From Azolla caroliniana (taxonomy: Eukaryota; Plantae; Polypodiophyta): DNA of 64,000 bases. The notes beneath the pieces are model-generated. The model saw nothing but the letters and a program-made list of their open reading frames with translations. It was not told the DNA's origin and did no database searches. Shown piece after piece: positions 11,216 through 24,025 of this stretch. The stretch's first letter is position 1, and each line of letters opens with the position of its first letter. Position numbers and translations under genes: made by a program. The DNA lies in contig JBHGNT010000004.1 of assembly GCA_043228905.1 (NCBI GenBank), positions 7,316,001-7,380,000 of the forward strand. The letters run 5' to 3'.

Positions 11216-14200
11216 CTAAAATCGTTTTTTTCTTTTCTTTTTTTTAGGGTTTTGCATACATTTTTTTTATAAATACGTATTATACCTATTGTTTTAAAAG
11301 TACGTTAAATACCGTATTAGAAAAATTTACATGATATTTGACTGAACAACATTGACATATAGTACGTACTATACAAAGTATGAGGTATTATACGTATTGA
11401 TACGTTAAATACGCGTATATAAACAATGCTGGTCTGGAGCATGCTAGCACATGCAAAGTTATCCAAGAAATTTTGGGTTGAGGCGTTGACGATGACGACC
11501 TGAGTGATAAACAGATCACCCTCAGTACCCTTGGGAGGAGACTCACCACAAAAAGTATGGACTGGGAAAGATGTATCTTACCGGCATCTGAAGGTGTTCG
11601 GGTGTCTCGCATATGTGCATGTTGCAAAGGACAAGAGAGCAAGGCCATGCATATTCCTTGGATACGGCGATGATGAGTTCGGTTACCGAGTGTGGGACCT
11701 TGTCGACAGGAAGGTTTGCCGGAGTCGAGATATTATCTTCATGGAGGACAAGACCATTGCCGACTGGGAGTCGGAGAAGAAGATAATGAATTCTGGGCTA
11801 ACAGGTAAGGATTAGCTGGAGGAGCTGAGGACCCATCCAGTTGGGAGCCGGTTGACACTTGAAGAACCGGCCAGTTTCGAAGCAGAACCCGAACCGACCG
11901 AAGAAGAAGAAGAGGAAGCGGAAACCGGAGCCGATCAAGACTTCGAATCGGATTCGGATGGAGAACAAATGGAAGAACCGGTTGTCGAAAGTCAAAGACG
12001 GAGATACGCTCTCCGAGAGAGAAGAGCCCCCCGGAGATTTCCGAATGCAGAGCATGTGTTGCTGACCGATGAGGGGGAGCAGGAAAGATTCGAAGAAGCA
12101 AAGAGAGACACCCACAACTGCAAGTGGTTGAATGCCATGCAGGATGAGATGGATTCCCTGCATGAGAACCACATATATGAACTGACGGAGTTGCCGAAAG
12201 GGAAGAGAGCAAGTTTCGGAACAAGTGGGTGTACAAGCTGAAACTGGGAGATGCCAGAAATCCACCAAGGTATAAGGCCCGAATCGTGGTGAAGGGCTTC
12301 CAGCAGAAGAAAGGAGTGGACTTTGATGAGATCTTTGCCCCGATAGTAAAGATGACATCCATCCGGACAGTATTGGGCATACCGGCAAGCATGGACCTCG
12401 AGGTAGAGCAACTAGACATCAAGACGACGTTCCTCCATGGTGACCTTGAAGAGGAGGTCTAAATGTAGCAACTGGAAGGATTTGAGAAGAAAGGGAAGGA
12501 GCATCTGGTGTGCTGGTTGAAGAAGAGCCTATACGGATTGAAACAAGCTCCCCGACAATGGTACCAGAAGTTCGACTCCTTCATGACCGATCAAGGGTAC
12601 CACAAAACGCAAGCGGATCACTGCGTGTTTGTGAAGAAATTCGACAGAGGAGACTTCTTGATACTGCTACTGTATGTGGACGACATGTTGATCGTCAGAC
12701 GAGATCAAGTCAAGATACGAATGCTAAAGAAGGCTCTAAACCGGACCTTCTCAATGAAAGACTTGGGGCCGGCAAGACAAATATTGGGAATGCACATCAT
12801 CCGGGCCTGGTCGAAGAAGCTGTTGTGGTTGTCACAGGAGAAGTACATGACAAAGGTGCTTCAATGATTCACCATGTCGGAGGCGAAACCGGTCGGATCG
12901 ACACTTCCGGCAAGCTGCAAGCTGTCTGGAAAACAAAGCCCGAGGAGAAAGGTGGAGAAGACGGATATGATGAAGATACCATATGCCTCTGCCTTCAGGA
13001 GCTTAATGTAGGCGATGATATGTACCCGACCGGATATTAGATATGTAGTCGGAGTGGTGATCCGGTTCATGAGCAATCCCGACAAAGAGCACTGGAACGC
13101 AGTCAAGTGGATACTCCGGTATCTGAAAGGCACTTCAAGTATGTGCCTCCGATTCGGCTCCGGTAATCCTCAACTTGACAGATTCATTGATTCGGATATG
13201 TCGGCTGATGCAGATACCAGCCGGTCTACATTCGGATATGTCATGACTTATGCAGGGGGAGCTGATTCGTGGTAGTCGAGGTTGCAGAAGACGGTTGCGT
13301 TGTTAACCACGGAGGCGGAGTATATGGCAGCTATAGAAGCCGGTAAGGAGATAATCTGGATGAAGGACTTCATCGGAGAGCTAGGGATCCAATAGGAGGA
13401 ATACCGGCTCTACTGCGATAGTCAAAGTGCCATCCCCTTGCAAAGAATGCGACCTACCATTCCCGGACGAAACATATCCAATGGAGGTACCACTGGATCC
13501 GGGAGAGAGTAGAATATCAAGAGTTCATGCTGACAAAGATCCACACAAAGCACAACGGGTCGGACATGCTGACCAAAGTGCTGACAACCGACAAGCCGGA
13601 CGCGTGTTAAAAGCGGATCGGGCTAACGAGTGAAGGGGGAGATTGTTGGGAAATCAGTCCCTCCGGATGGGATCCATCTATGAATGGAGAAGACCTGGTG
13701 AGAACCGGAAGAGATCCGGAAATCGGAACGGTGGACCCGGTGAGAACCGGAAGTGAAGACAAATTTGTAAATATGTCTTGAGGAAGCCCGATGAGGCTAT
13801 ATTTATAAATAGCCCTAAGTTCATATAAGTATAAATATGACATAGGGCAATCACTTTATACGTATGGTCATAGTGTTGTGAGAGTTGTTGTAACTGTTGT
13901 ACAGAGAGTGACAAAGAGAGAGGGAGAGAGAGAGATACAAAGCGATACTCTATTTTAACCGCCGCTGGGCAAAGAAACAGAGCTTGAGGTCGTTGCCTCC
14001 GAGTCTCTGATTGTACCTTTCTCCTATAGTGATAGTTGGAGTCCATGGGCACCCGTGGTTTTTCCCATTTAGGGTTTTCCACGTAAACATCCTGTGTATT
14101 TCCTTTGTGTACTCCCCACTTCCCATTTCTGTGTTTCATTCTAGAAGTGTTCAAGACTCGGTTGGGGCTGAGCAATATTCCTTGTTATTCCTCTCATAAC

Positions 14201-14994
14201 TAACTAATAATTAATTAGTATCTATCTTTGTGAGGAGTTAATCACGTATGTGATTAAGCAACGGAAGACTATGTGATATATGAGTGTATGTGTATGTTAG
14301 AGTCCTGATCTAATGTACGCATATGATACGGATATCATATATATGAAATAAGAAAGGAGAGAGAGAAAGAAGGGTGTCGAACCACCCGACCACCCCTGAG
14401 TGAAGGGATCGAGACGGACTCAAGCCTCGATCGGCGTCCCATACCACCATTGTGGTGTCGAGTCGTACATGGTGCTGGTGCGCTCACTACAAGAGTTGAC
14501 CTACCACGAAACAGAGTTTTGACGTAGTCAAGAGTGACAGGAACTGAAATGCTCCCTATACGCAACGCTCGGCCACAATCGAGCTTAGAATCATACACAG
14601 AAAACGGGAAATAGATGTACGACACAAAGAAGAGAAGAGTACACAGGATGTTTACATGGAAAACCCCAAACTAGGGAAAAAACCACGGCAGCCCACAGGT
14701 TGCGAACTATCACTATGTTAGAATGTACAACAGTGAGTTCACGGAGGCAATGACCTCGTGCTCACGATCTTCGCCATAGGTGGCGGTTACAACAGAGGCA
14801 ATGACCTCTTTCTCTCTCCCTCTCTCTCTCTCTCTCTATACACTATTACGCTCTCTCTCTTCTTACACCAACAAAAATGACAACAACCATGACTAAAAGT
14901 TTGCCCTAAGTCATATTTATACTAATATGACTTTTCGGGCTATTTACAGATATAGCCTCGATGGACTCTCAGAAACATATTTACGAATATGTCT

Positions 14995-15225
14995 CTTCAT
15001 CCGGTGAGCATTCCTCACCGGGTCTGCACCATCCGGCTCTTCGTAGCCGGGTACTCCTCATCCGGTTCTCACCTTGTCTACACCATCCGGGTCTCCGTAG
15101 CCGTGTACTCCTCATCCCGTTCTCACCGGGTCTGCACCATCCGGTTCTCCATAGCTGGGTACTCATCCGGTTCTCACCGGGTCTACACCATCCGGCTCTT
15201 CGTAGCCGGGTACTCCTCATCCAGT
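14995..15225. repeat. 54-bp tandem repeat in U3 of the Tork-like LTR (4 units here; also about 19248-19470, 29730-29955, 31095-31378, 49285-49560)
   Basis: Unit ctcatccggttctcaccgggtctgcaccatccggctctccgtagccgggtactc. Confidence 0.92.
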
Positions 15226-15308
15226 TTCGGCCTCGGCCGAGTTTGTTCATCGGCACTGTTCTTCTCTCTTCCCATCCGGAGGGACCTATCTCCCAACAAC
15301 CTCCCCCT

Positions 15309-18300
15309 TCACTCCGGCATGGGGTGACTCACTAGTCCGATCCGCTTTAGGCATGCATCCAGCTTGTCGGGTATCAACACTTTGGTCAACATATCTGACC
15401 CGTTTTCGGCCGTGTGGATCTTCGTCAGCGCGAACTCCTGATCATCTACTCTTTCCCGGATCCAGTGATACCTTCGCTGGATATGCTTCATCCGGGAATG
15501 GTAGGCCGCATTCTTAGCAAGGTGGATGGCACTTTGACTGTCACAATAGAGCTGATATTCATCTTGCCGTATACCGAGCTCTCCGATGACGTCCTTCATC
15601 CATAAGATTTCCTTGCCGGCTTCCACATCCGCCATGTACTCCGCCTCCGTGGTTGACAATGCAACCGTCTTCTGCAGCCTCGACTGCCACCAAACAGCTC
15701 CCCCTGCATATGTCATTACATACCCGGATGTAGACCCCGCTGGTATCCACATCAGTCGACATGTCCGAATCGGTGAAGCCGTCAAGTTGAGGTTTTCCGG
15801 AGCCGAATCGGAGACACATATTTGAAGTGCCCTTCAAATACCGGAGTATCCATTTGACCGCGTTCCAGTGCTCCTTGTCAAGATTGCTCATGAACCGGCT
15901 CACCACTCCGACTGCGTATCCTATATCCAGTCGGGTACACACCATTGCGTACATTAAGCTCCCGACCGCGGAGGCATATGGAATCTTCATCATATCGACC
16001 TTCTCTGCTTTCGTCTTCGGGCTCTGCTTGCCGGATAGCCTGCAGTTTGCCGGAAGTGTCGATCCGACCGGTTTTGCATCTGACATGTTGAACCGGTGAA
16101 GCACCTTTGTCACGTACTTCTCCTGTGACAGCCATAATTGCTTCTTTGACCGGTCCCGAATGATGTGCATCCCCAGCATCTATCTTGCCGGACCCAAGTC
16201 TTTCATTGAGAAGGTCCGGTTGAGAGCCTTCTTCAGCATCCGTATTTTGACTTGGTCACGTCCGACGATCAACATGTCGTCCACGTACAGAAGGTGTATC
16301 AGGAAGTCGCCTCCTTCGAACTTCTTCACAAACACGCAGTGATCGACCTGCGTCTTGTGGTACCCTTGATCGGCCATGAAGGGATCGAACTTCCGGTACC
16401 ATTGCCAGGGGGCCTGCTTCAACCCGTAGAGGCTCTTCTTCAACCGGCAAACCAGGTGCTCCTTCCCTTTCTCCACGAATCCTTCCGGTTGCTGCATGTA
16501 GATCTCCTCTTCGAGATCGCCGTGAAGGAATGCTGTCTTCACGTCTAGCTGCTCTACCTCGAGGTCCATGCTTGACGCTATACTCATCACCGTCCGGATG
16601 GAGGTCATCTTTACTACCGGGGCAAATATCTCGTCGAAGTCCACGCCCTTCTTCTGCTGGAACCCCTTCACCACGATCCTGGCTTTGTATCTCGGGGGGT
16701 TGCCGGCATCTCCCGGTTTCAACTTGTACACCCACTTGTTTCGGAGTGCCCGCTTTCCTTTCGGCAACTCCACCAATTCGTACATATGGTTCTCATGCAG
16801 GGAATCCATTTCATCCTGCATGGCACTTAACCATTTCCGGCTGTGGGTGTCAACCTTCGCTACTTCGAAGCTTTCCGGCTCCCCCTCGTCGGTCAGCAGA
16901 ACATGCTCTACATCCGGAAATCTCCGGGGCGCCCTTCTCTCTCTGAGAGGATATCTCCGTCTTCGAGCTTCGGTAGTCGGCTCCTCCATTTGCTCTTCAT
17001 CCGAATCCGATTCAGGGTCTTGGCCAGTTCCGGTCTCAGCTTCCTCTACGTCTTCTTGAACTTGTTCGGTATCCTCACCGTAACCGGCCGGTCCCTCGAG
17101 TGCTAACTGGTCTCTTGCCAGTTGGGTCTGCCCATCGTAGAGTCGATCCTTACCGATCGACTCAGAGTTCATTGTCTTCTTCTCCGACTCCCAGTCGACG
17201 AGCGTCTTGTCCTTCATGAAGATAATATCTCGATTCCGGAATACTTTCTTGTCTACCAGGTCCCACACTCGGTAGCCGAACTCATTGTCACCGTAACCGA
17301 GGAATATGCATGGCCTGGTCTTTGGATCTAACATTCCTCTCCGGTCCTTAGCTACATGCACGTACGCGAGACACCCGAACACCTTCAGATGCCGGTAGGA
17401 CACTTCCTTACCGGTCCAGACTCTCTGTGGCGTGTCTTCGTCCAAGGGTACTGAGGGTGATTTGTTTATCACGTATGTCGTTGTCGACAGTGCCTTAGAC
17501 CAAAACTTCTTGGGTAGTTTTGCATGCGCTAGCATACTCCGAACCCTCTCCATTATGGTCCGGTTCATCCTCTCGGCCAGCCTGTTTAGTTCCGGCGTCT
17601 TCGGCACGGTAAATTCAAGCTGGATTCGCTTCGAGCGGCAGTACTCCTCGAACTGCCCCCAGTATTCTCCTCCATTATCTGCTCGAACCGCCTTCAGCAT
17701 CCGGCCGGTTTCTCTTTCCACTCTCGCGTGGAGCTCTTTGAAGAAAGATAGCACCTGATCCTTCGTCTTCAACGGTGTGGCCCACAACTTCCGGCTGTGG
17801 TCATGTATGAACGTCACGAAGTACTGCGCTCCGGCATGTGACTTCGTGTCTACTTGACACACATCCGTATGCACCAACTCCAGTGGTGCATTACGTCTCA
17901 TCGGTGGCCTTGGTCGGAAAGAGGTCTGGTTTTGCTTACCGGCCAGGCAATCAGTGCACTTCTCTAAGTGCACGTTCTTCACTAGAATGAGGTTGTCGTC
18001 TGCAAGCCTCTTCATCCCCTTCTCGCTCATATGACACAACCTCTTGTGCCAAAGCTCACCAGCAGTGTCAGATGCCACGTTCACTTCTTTCAGACATAAC
18101 TTGGCATTCATCAGGTAAAACGTGTTTACCTTCCGGGCCCGAGCCACAATCAGGCTCCCTTTGCTGAACTTCATGACACCGTTCCGGATGCTACCCGTGT
18201 AGCCTTCATCATCTAGCCGACCGGCTGATATCAGGTTCAGACGAACCTCCGGAACGTGTCGGACATCCTTCAGCAACAACTTGCATCCGGTTGGTGTTGA

Positions 18301-18776
18301 CAGCCTCACGTCTCCTATGTCGACGATTCGGCATGTACCTTCATTCCCCATCCGGACACAGCTGTGATCACCGGCTGAGCAGAATGAGAAGCATTTTCGA
18401 TCCGGGGTAAGGTGGAACGACGCTCCGGAGTCTACCACCTAGGTCATCTCGTCGCCGGCAAGGTTTATCTCACTCTCCTTGGTGATGAGCATCAACTCTT
18501 CTTCACTTGTCGCGATTGCCGTCATTCCCTTCCGGTCCGGCCCCCTCCGGTCTTTACCGTTCCGGTCCGGGGTCCGCTTCGAATTGGTACCGTCGGTTTC
18601 CTTGTCTTTTCGGAAATGCCGACAGTTCTTTTGGAAGTGTCCCGGCTTTCCGCAATAGAAGCAAGTAGGCCTCCCCCTTGACTTTGACCGTGTCCCCGAC
18701 TTCTCCCGGTTCTGGGGAGTACGGTTTCTATGTCTTCCGCGTTCCGATTCAGTAAGGAGCGCTTTGGAGTCGGAGC
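15309..18776 (-). pseudogene. Copia-2 pol and gag C-terminus (gag N-terminus at 30034-30612)
   Basis: 752-aa ORF covering PR-INT-RT (QLDVKTAFLHG, LYVDD); RNase H in further frames; stops at 18439 and 16180. Confidence 0.93.
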
Positions 18777-19557
18777 TGTCGGGAACTACAACGCCTCCTC
18801 TACGCAACGCTCGGCCACAACCGAGCTTAGGATCATACACAGAAAACAGGAAACGGAAAAGCACAACACAAAGGAGAGAAAACGATGCACACAGGATGTT
18901 TACGTGGAAAACCCAAACTAAGGGAAAAACCACGGCAGCCCACACGTTGCGAAATATCACTATGTTGGAATGTACAAAACAGTGAGTTCACGGAGGCAAC
19001 GACTTCGTGCTCACGATCTTTGCCACAGGCGGCGGTTACAACAGAGGCGGCGACCTCTTTCGCTCTCTCTTTCTCTATACACTGTTACGTGCTCTCTCTT
19101 CTTCTTCTTGCACCAACAAGAAAAAAATGACAACAACAACCACTACTAAAAGTTTGCCCTAAGTCATATTTATACTAATATGACTTTTCGGCTATTTACA
19201 AATATAGCCTCGATGGACTCTCAGAAACATATTTACCAATATGTCTCCTCATCCGGTTCATACCGGGTCTGCACCATCCGGCTCTCCGTAGCCGGGTACT
19301 CCTCATCCGGTTCATACCGGGTCTGCACCATCCGGCTCACCGTAGCCGGGTACTCCTTATCCGGTTCTCACCGGGTCTGCACCATTTGGCTCTCCGTAGC
19401 TGGGTACTCCTCATCCGGTTTTGTACCGGGTCTGCACCATCCGGCTCTCCGTAGCTAGGTACTCCTCTTCCGGTTTCGGCCTCGACCGAGTTTGTTCATC
19501 GACACTGTTCTTCTCCCTTCCCATCCGGAGGGACCTGTCTCCCAACAAACTCCCCCT

Positions 19558-22500
19558 TCACTCCGACATGGGGTGTCTTACCAGTCCGATCCTCTTCCGG
19601 CATGCGTCCAGCTTGTCGAGTGTCAGCACTTTGGTCAGCATATATGACCCGTTCTCGGCCGTGTGGATCTTCGTCAGTGCGAACTCCAGGTTCTCTACTC
19701 TTTCCCGGATCCAGTGATACCTCCGCTGGATATGCTTCTTCCGGGAATGGTAGGCCGCATTCTTAGCAAGGTGGATGGCACTTTGACTATTGCAATAGAG
19801 TCGGTATTCCTCTTGCCGGATACCGAGCTCTCCGATGAAGTCTTTCATCCATAATATTTCCTTGCCGGCTTCCACATCCGCCATGTACTCTGCCTCCGTG
19901 GTTGACAATGCAACCGTCTTCTACAGCCTTGACTGCCACGAAACAGCTCCCCCTGTATATGTCATTATATACCCGGATGTAGACCTTCTGGTATCCACAT
20001 CAGCCGACATGTCCGAATCGGTGAAACCGTCAAGTTGAGGTTTTCCAGAGCCGAATCGGAGACACATATTTGAAGTGCCCTTCAAATACTAGAGTATCCA
20101 TTTGACCGCATTCCAGTGCTCCTTGCCGGGATTGCTCATGAACTGGCTATCCACTCCGACTGCGTATCCTATATCCGGTCGGGTACACATCATTGCGTAC
20201 ATTAAGCTCCCGACCGCGGAGGCATATGGAATCTTCATCATATCGGCCTTCTCTGCTTTCGTCTTCGGGCTTTGCTTGCCGGATAGCCTGCAGTTTGCCG
20301 GAAGTGTCGATCCGACCGGTTTTGCATCTGACATGTTGAACCGGTGAAGCACCTTTGTCACGTACTTCTCCTGTGACAGCCATAATTGCTTCTTTGACCG
20401 GTCCCGAATGATGTGCATCCCCAACATCTGTCTTGCCGGACCCAAGTCTTTCATTGAGAAGGTCCGGTTGAGAGCCTTCTTCAGCATCCGTATTTTGACT
20501 TGGTCACGTCCGACGATCAACATGTCGTCCACGTACAGAAGGTGTATCAGGAAGTCGCCTCCTTCGAACTTCTTCACAAACACGCAGTGATCGGCCTGCG
20601 TCTTGTGGTACCCTTGATCGGCCATGAAAGAATCGAACTTCCGGTACCATTGCCAGGGGGCCTGCTTCAACCCGTAGAGGCTCTTCTTCAACCAGCAAAC
20701 CAGGTGCTCCTTCCCTTTCTCCACGAATCCTTCCGGTTGCTGCATGTAGATCTCCTCTTCGAGATCGCCGTGAAGGAATGTTGTCTTCACGTCTAGCCGC
20801 TCTACCTCGAGGTCCATGCTTGCCGCTATACTCATCACCGTCCGGATGGAGGTCATCTTTACTACCGGGGCAAATATCTCGTCGAAGTCCACGCCCTTCT
20901 TCTGCTGGAACCCCTTCACCACGATCCTGGTTTTGTATCTCGGGGGGTTGCCGGCATCTCCCGGTTTCAACTTGTACACCCACTTGTTTCGGAGTGCCCG
21001 CTTTCCTTTCGGCAACTCCACCAATTCGTACGTATGGTTCTCATGTAGGGAATCCATCTATCCCTGCATGGCACTGAACCATTTTCGGTTGTGGGTGTCT
21101 TCCTTCATTTCTTCGAAGCTCTCCGGCTCCCCCTCATTGGTCAGCAGAACATGCTCTGCAACCGGAAATCTCCGGGGGGCCCTTCTCTCTCTGAGAGGAT
21201 ATCTCCGTCTCTGGGCTTCGGTAATTGGCTCTTCTATTTGCTCTTCATCCGAATCTGATTCGGGGTCTTGGCCGGTTCCAGTTTCAGCTTCAACTACTTC
21301 TTCTTCAGCATGTTCGGTATCCTCACTGTAACCGGCCGGTCCCTCGAGTGCTAACCGGTTTCTTGCCGGTTGGGTCTGCTCATCGTAGAGTCGATCCTTA
21401 CCGGTTGACTCTGAGTTCATTATTTGCTTCTCCGACTCCCAGTCGGCGAGCGTCTTGTTTTCCATGAAGATAATATCTCGACTCCGGAATACCTTCTTGT
21501 CGACTAGGTCCCACACTCGGTAGCCGAACTCATCGTCACTGTAACCGAGGAATATGCATGGCCGGGTCTTTGGATCTAACTTTCCTCTCCGGTCCTTAGC
21601 TACATGCACGTACACGAGACACCCGAACACCTTCAGATGCCGGTAGGATACTTTCTTTCCGGTCCATACTCTCTGTGCCGTGTCTCCGTCCAAGGGTACT
21701 GAGGGAGATCTATTTATCACATATGTCGCCGTCGACAGTGCCTCAACCCAAAACTTCTTGGGTAGTTTTGCATGCGCTAGCATACTCCAGACCCTCTCCA
21801 TTATGGTCTGGTTCATCCTCTCGGCCAGTCCGTTTAGTTCCGGCGTCTTCGGCACGGTAAATTCAAGCCGGATTCCCTTCGAGCGACAATACTTCTCGAA
21901 CTGCCCCCGGTATTCTCCTCCGTTATCTGCTCGAACCGCCTTCAGCTTCCGACCGGTTTCTCTTTCCACTCTCGCGTGGAGCCTTTGAAGACAGATAACA
22001 CCTGATCCTTCGTCTTCAACAGTGTGGCCTACAGCTTCCGGCTGTGGTCATCTATGAACGTCACGAAGTACTGCGCTCCAGCATGTGACTTCGTGTCTAC
22101 TTGACACACATCCGTATGCACCAACTCCAGTGGTACATTACGTCTCATCGGTGGCCTTGGTCGGAAGGAGGTCCGGTTCTGCTTACCGGCCAGACAATCA
22201 GTGCACTTCTCTAAGTGCACGTTCTTCACTAGAATGAGGTTTTCGTCTGCAAGCCTCTTCATCCCCTTCTCGCTCATATGACACAGTCTCTTGTGCCACA
22301 GCTCACCGGCAGTGTCAGATGCCATGTTCACTTCTTCCAGGCATAACCGGGCATTCATCAAGTACAATGTGTTTACCTTCCGGGCCCGAGCCACAATCAG
22401 GCTCCCTTTGCTGAACTTCATGACACCGTTCCGGATGCTACCCGTGTAGCCCTCATCATCTAGCCGACCAGCTGATATGAGGTTCAGTCGAACCTCCAGA

Positions 22501-23603
22501 ACGTGTCGGACATCCCTCAGCAACAACTTGCATCCGGTTGGTGTCGACAGCCACACGTCTCCTATGCCGACAATTCGGCATGTACCTTCATTCCCCATCC
22601 GGACACAGCCGTGATCACTGGCTGAGGAGGATGAGAAGCATTTCCTGTCAGGGGTAAGGTGGAACGACGCTCCGGAGTTTACCACCGAGGTCATCTCGTC
22701 GCCGGCAAGGTTTATCTCACTCTCCTCGGTGATGAGCATCAACTCTTCTTCACTGGCCGTGATTGCCGTCGTTCCCTTCCGGTCCGTCCCCCTCCGGTCT
22801 TTACCGTTCCAGTCCAGGGTCCACTTCGAATCGGTACTGTCGGTTTCCTTGTCTTTACGGAAATGCCGACAGTTCTTTTGGAAGTGTCCCGGCTTGTCGC
22901 AATAGAAGCAAGTGGGCCTCCCCCTTGACTTTGACCATGTCCCCGACTTCTCCTGGTTCTGGGGACTACGGTTTCTATCTCTTCCTTGTTCTGATTCAGT
23001 AAGGAGCGCTTTGGAGTCGGAGCTCGTATCTTTATCTTTCCGACGCGCCTCCTCATTTAGCAAGCTCGACTTTACTCTTGCTAGGGATAACCGCTTTCCT
23101 TCCGGCCCGGCGTTGCCCAAAGTGACAACCAACGTCTCCCAGCTATCCGGGAGGGAACCGAGCAGGAGTAGCGCTAGTACCTCATTGGCGAGAGGTACTT
23201 CCACTGAAGTTGCCTGCTGGATCAGCCCCTGGAAGGCATTCATGTGCTCCGCCATGCTGGAGCCATCTTTGTACCGGAGTGTTACTAGCTTCCGGAATAC
23301 CGAAACCTGATTAACAACATTTTTGTTTTGGAACATTATGTCGATCTTCTCCCAGAGCTCATGAGCCTTGCTCTCTTCATTGAAGTAGTTGTACAGGCTC
23401 ATGTCGATGAAGCACCGTATGTACGCCGTTGTCTTCATGTGCATCACCTCCCATATCGGGGCGTCGATTTTGTCCGGTCTCTTGTCCCCGAACTGAACCG
23501 GCAGCCAGAGGTCTTTAACCATGAGCATGTCCCTCATCTTCGACTTCCACACTGAATAGTTGGAGCCGGTGAGCTTGAACATGCCACCAAACGATTTGTC
23601 CAT
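19558..23603 (-). pseudogene. Copia-3 gag-pol
   Basis: ORFs of 533, 303, 322 and 116 aa cover gag, PR, INT, RT and RH, separated by stops and frameshifts. Confidence 0.93.
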
Positions 23604-24025
23604 TTTCTGTGTCGTTTGCTCTGATACCACTTGTCGGGAACTACAATGCTCCCTCTACGCAATGCTCGGCCACAACCGAGCTTAGGATCATATACAGAAA
23701 CAAGAAACGGAAAAGCACGACACAAAGGAGAGAAAACGATGCACACAGGATGTTTACGTGGAAAACCCAAACTAAGGGAAAAACTATGGTAGCCCACACG
23801 CTGCGAACTATCACTATGTTGGAATGTACAAAACATTGAGTTCACGGAGGCAACGACCTCGTGCTCATGATCTTCGCCACAAGCGGCGGTTACAACAGAG
23901 GCATCGACCTCTTTCTCTCTCTCTCTCTCTCTGTACACTGTTACGTGCTCTCTCTTCTTCTTCTTGCACCAACAAGGAAAAAATGACAACAACAACCACT
24001 ACTAAAAGTTTGCCCTAAGTCATAT

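Larger units (their letters stand above)
6479..11431 (-). mobile_element. hAT DNA transposon inserted in the Copia-1 integrase
   Basis: 8-bp TSD gtccggag/gtctggag (6471-6478, 11432-11439); degenerate TIRs catggttgtt / cagcattgtt (reverse complement); TACGT-rich subterminal repeats at both ends; host frame ERVRSM|LAHAK resumes after it. Confidence 0.88.
4653..13630 (+). pseudogene. Copia-1 gag-pol with multiple stops and frameshifts
   Basis: Gag, CCHC knuckle (CFYCGKPGHFQKNC), protease WVVDSGA, LWHKRLCH, integrase, RT (KKGVDFDEIFAP, LYVDDML) and RNase H fragments, in Copia order. Confidence 0.92.
4075..14196 (+). mobile_element. Copia-1, Tork/Tnt1-like LTR retrotransposon (degenerate; hAT inserted in integrase)
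   Basis: LTRs 4075-4623 and 13644-14196 (TG..CA); TSD taact 4070-4074 and 14197-14201; Met-tRNA-type PBS tggtattagagc 4627-4638; PPT 13632-13643. Confidence 0.95.

Noticed and set aside
10849-11272. Poly-Phe and poly-Ser ORFs
   Set aside because: Translation artefacts of the (CTT)n microsatellite.
14961-15335. ORFs with 18-aa repeats (also 19180, 29663, 31024, 49177)
   Set aside because: They arise because the 54-bp U3 repeat is a multiple of three and stop-poor in several frames on both strands; no coding evidence.
16252-17758. Many overlapping antisense and alternative-frame ORFs in Copia pol, recurring in each copy
   Set aside because: Shadows of GC-rich pol; they recur only because the copies are homologous.
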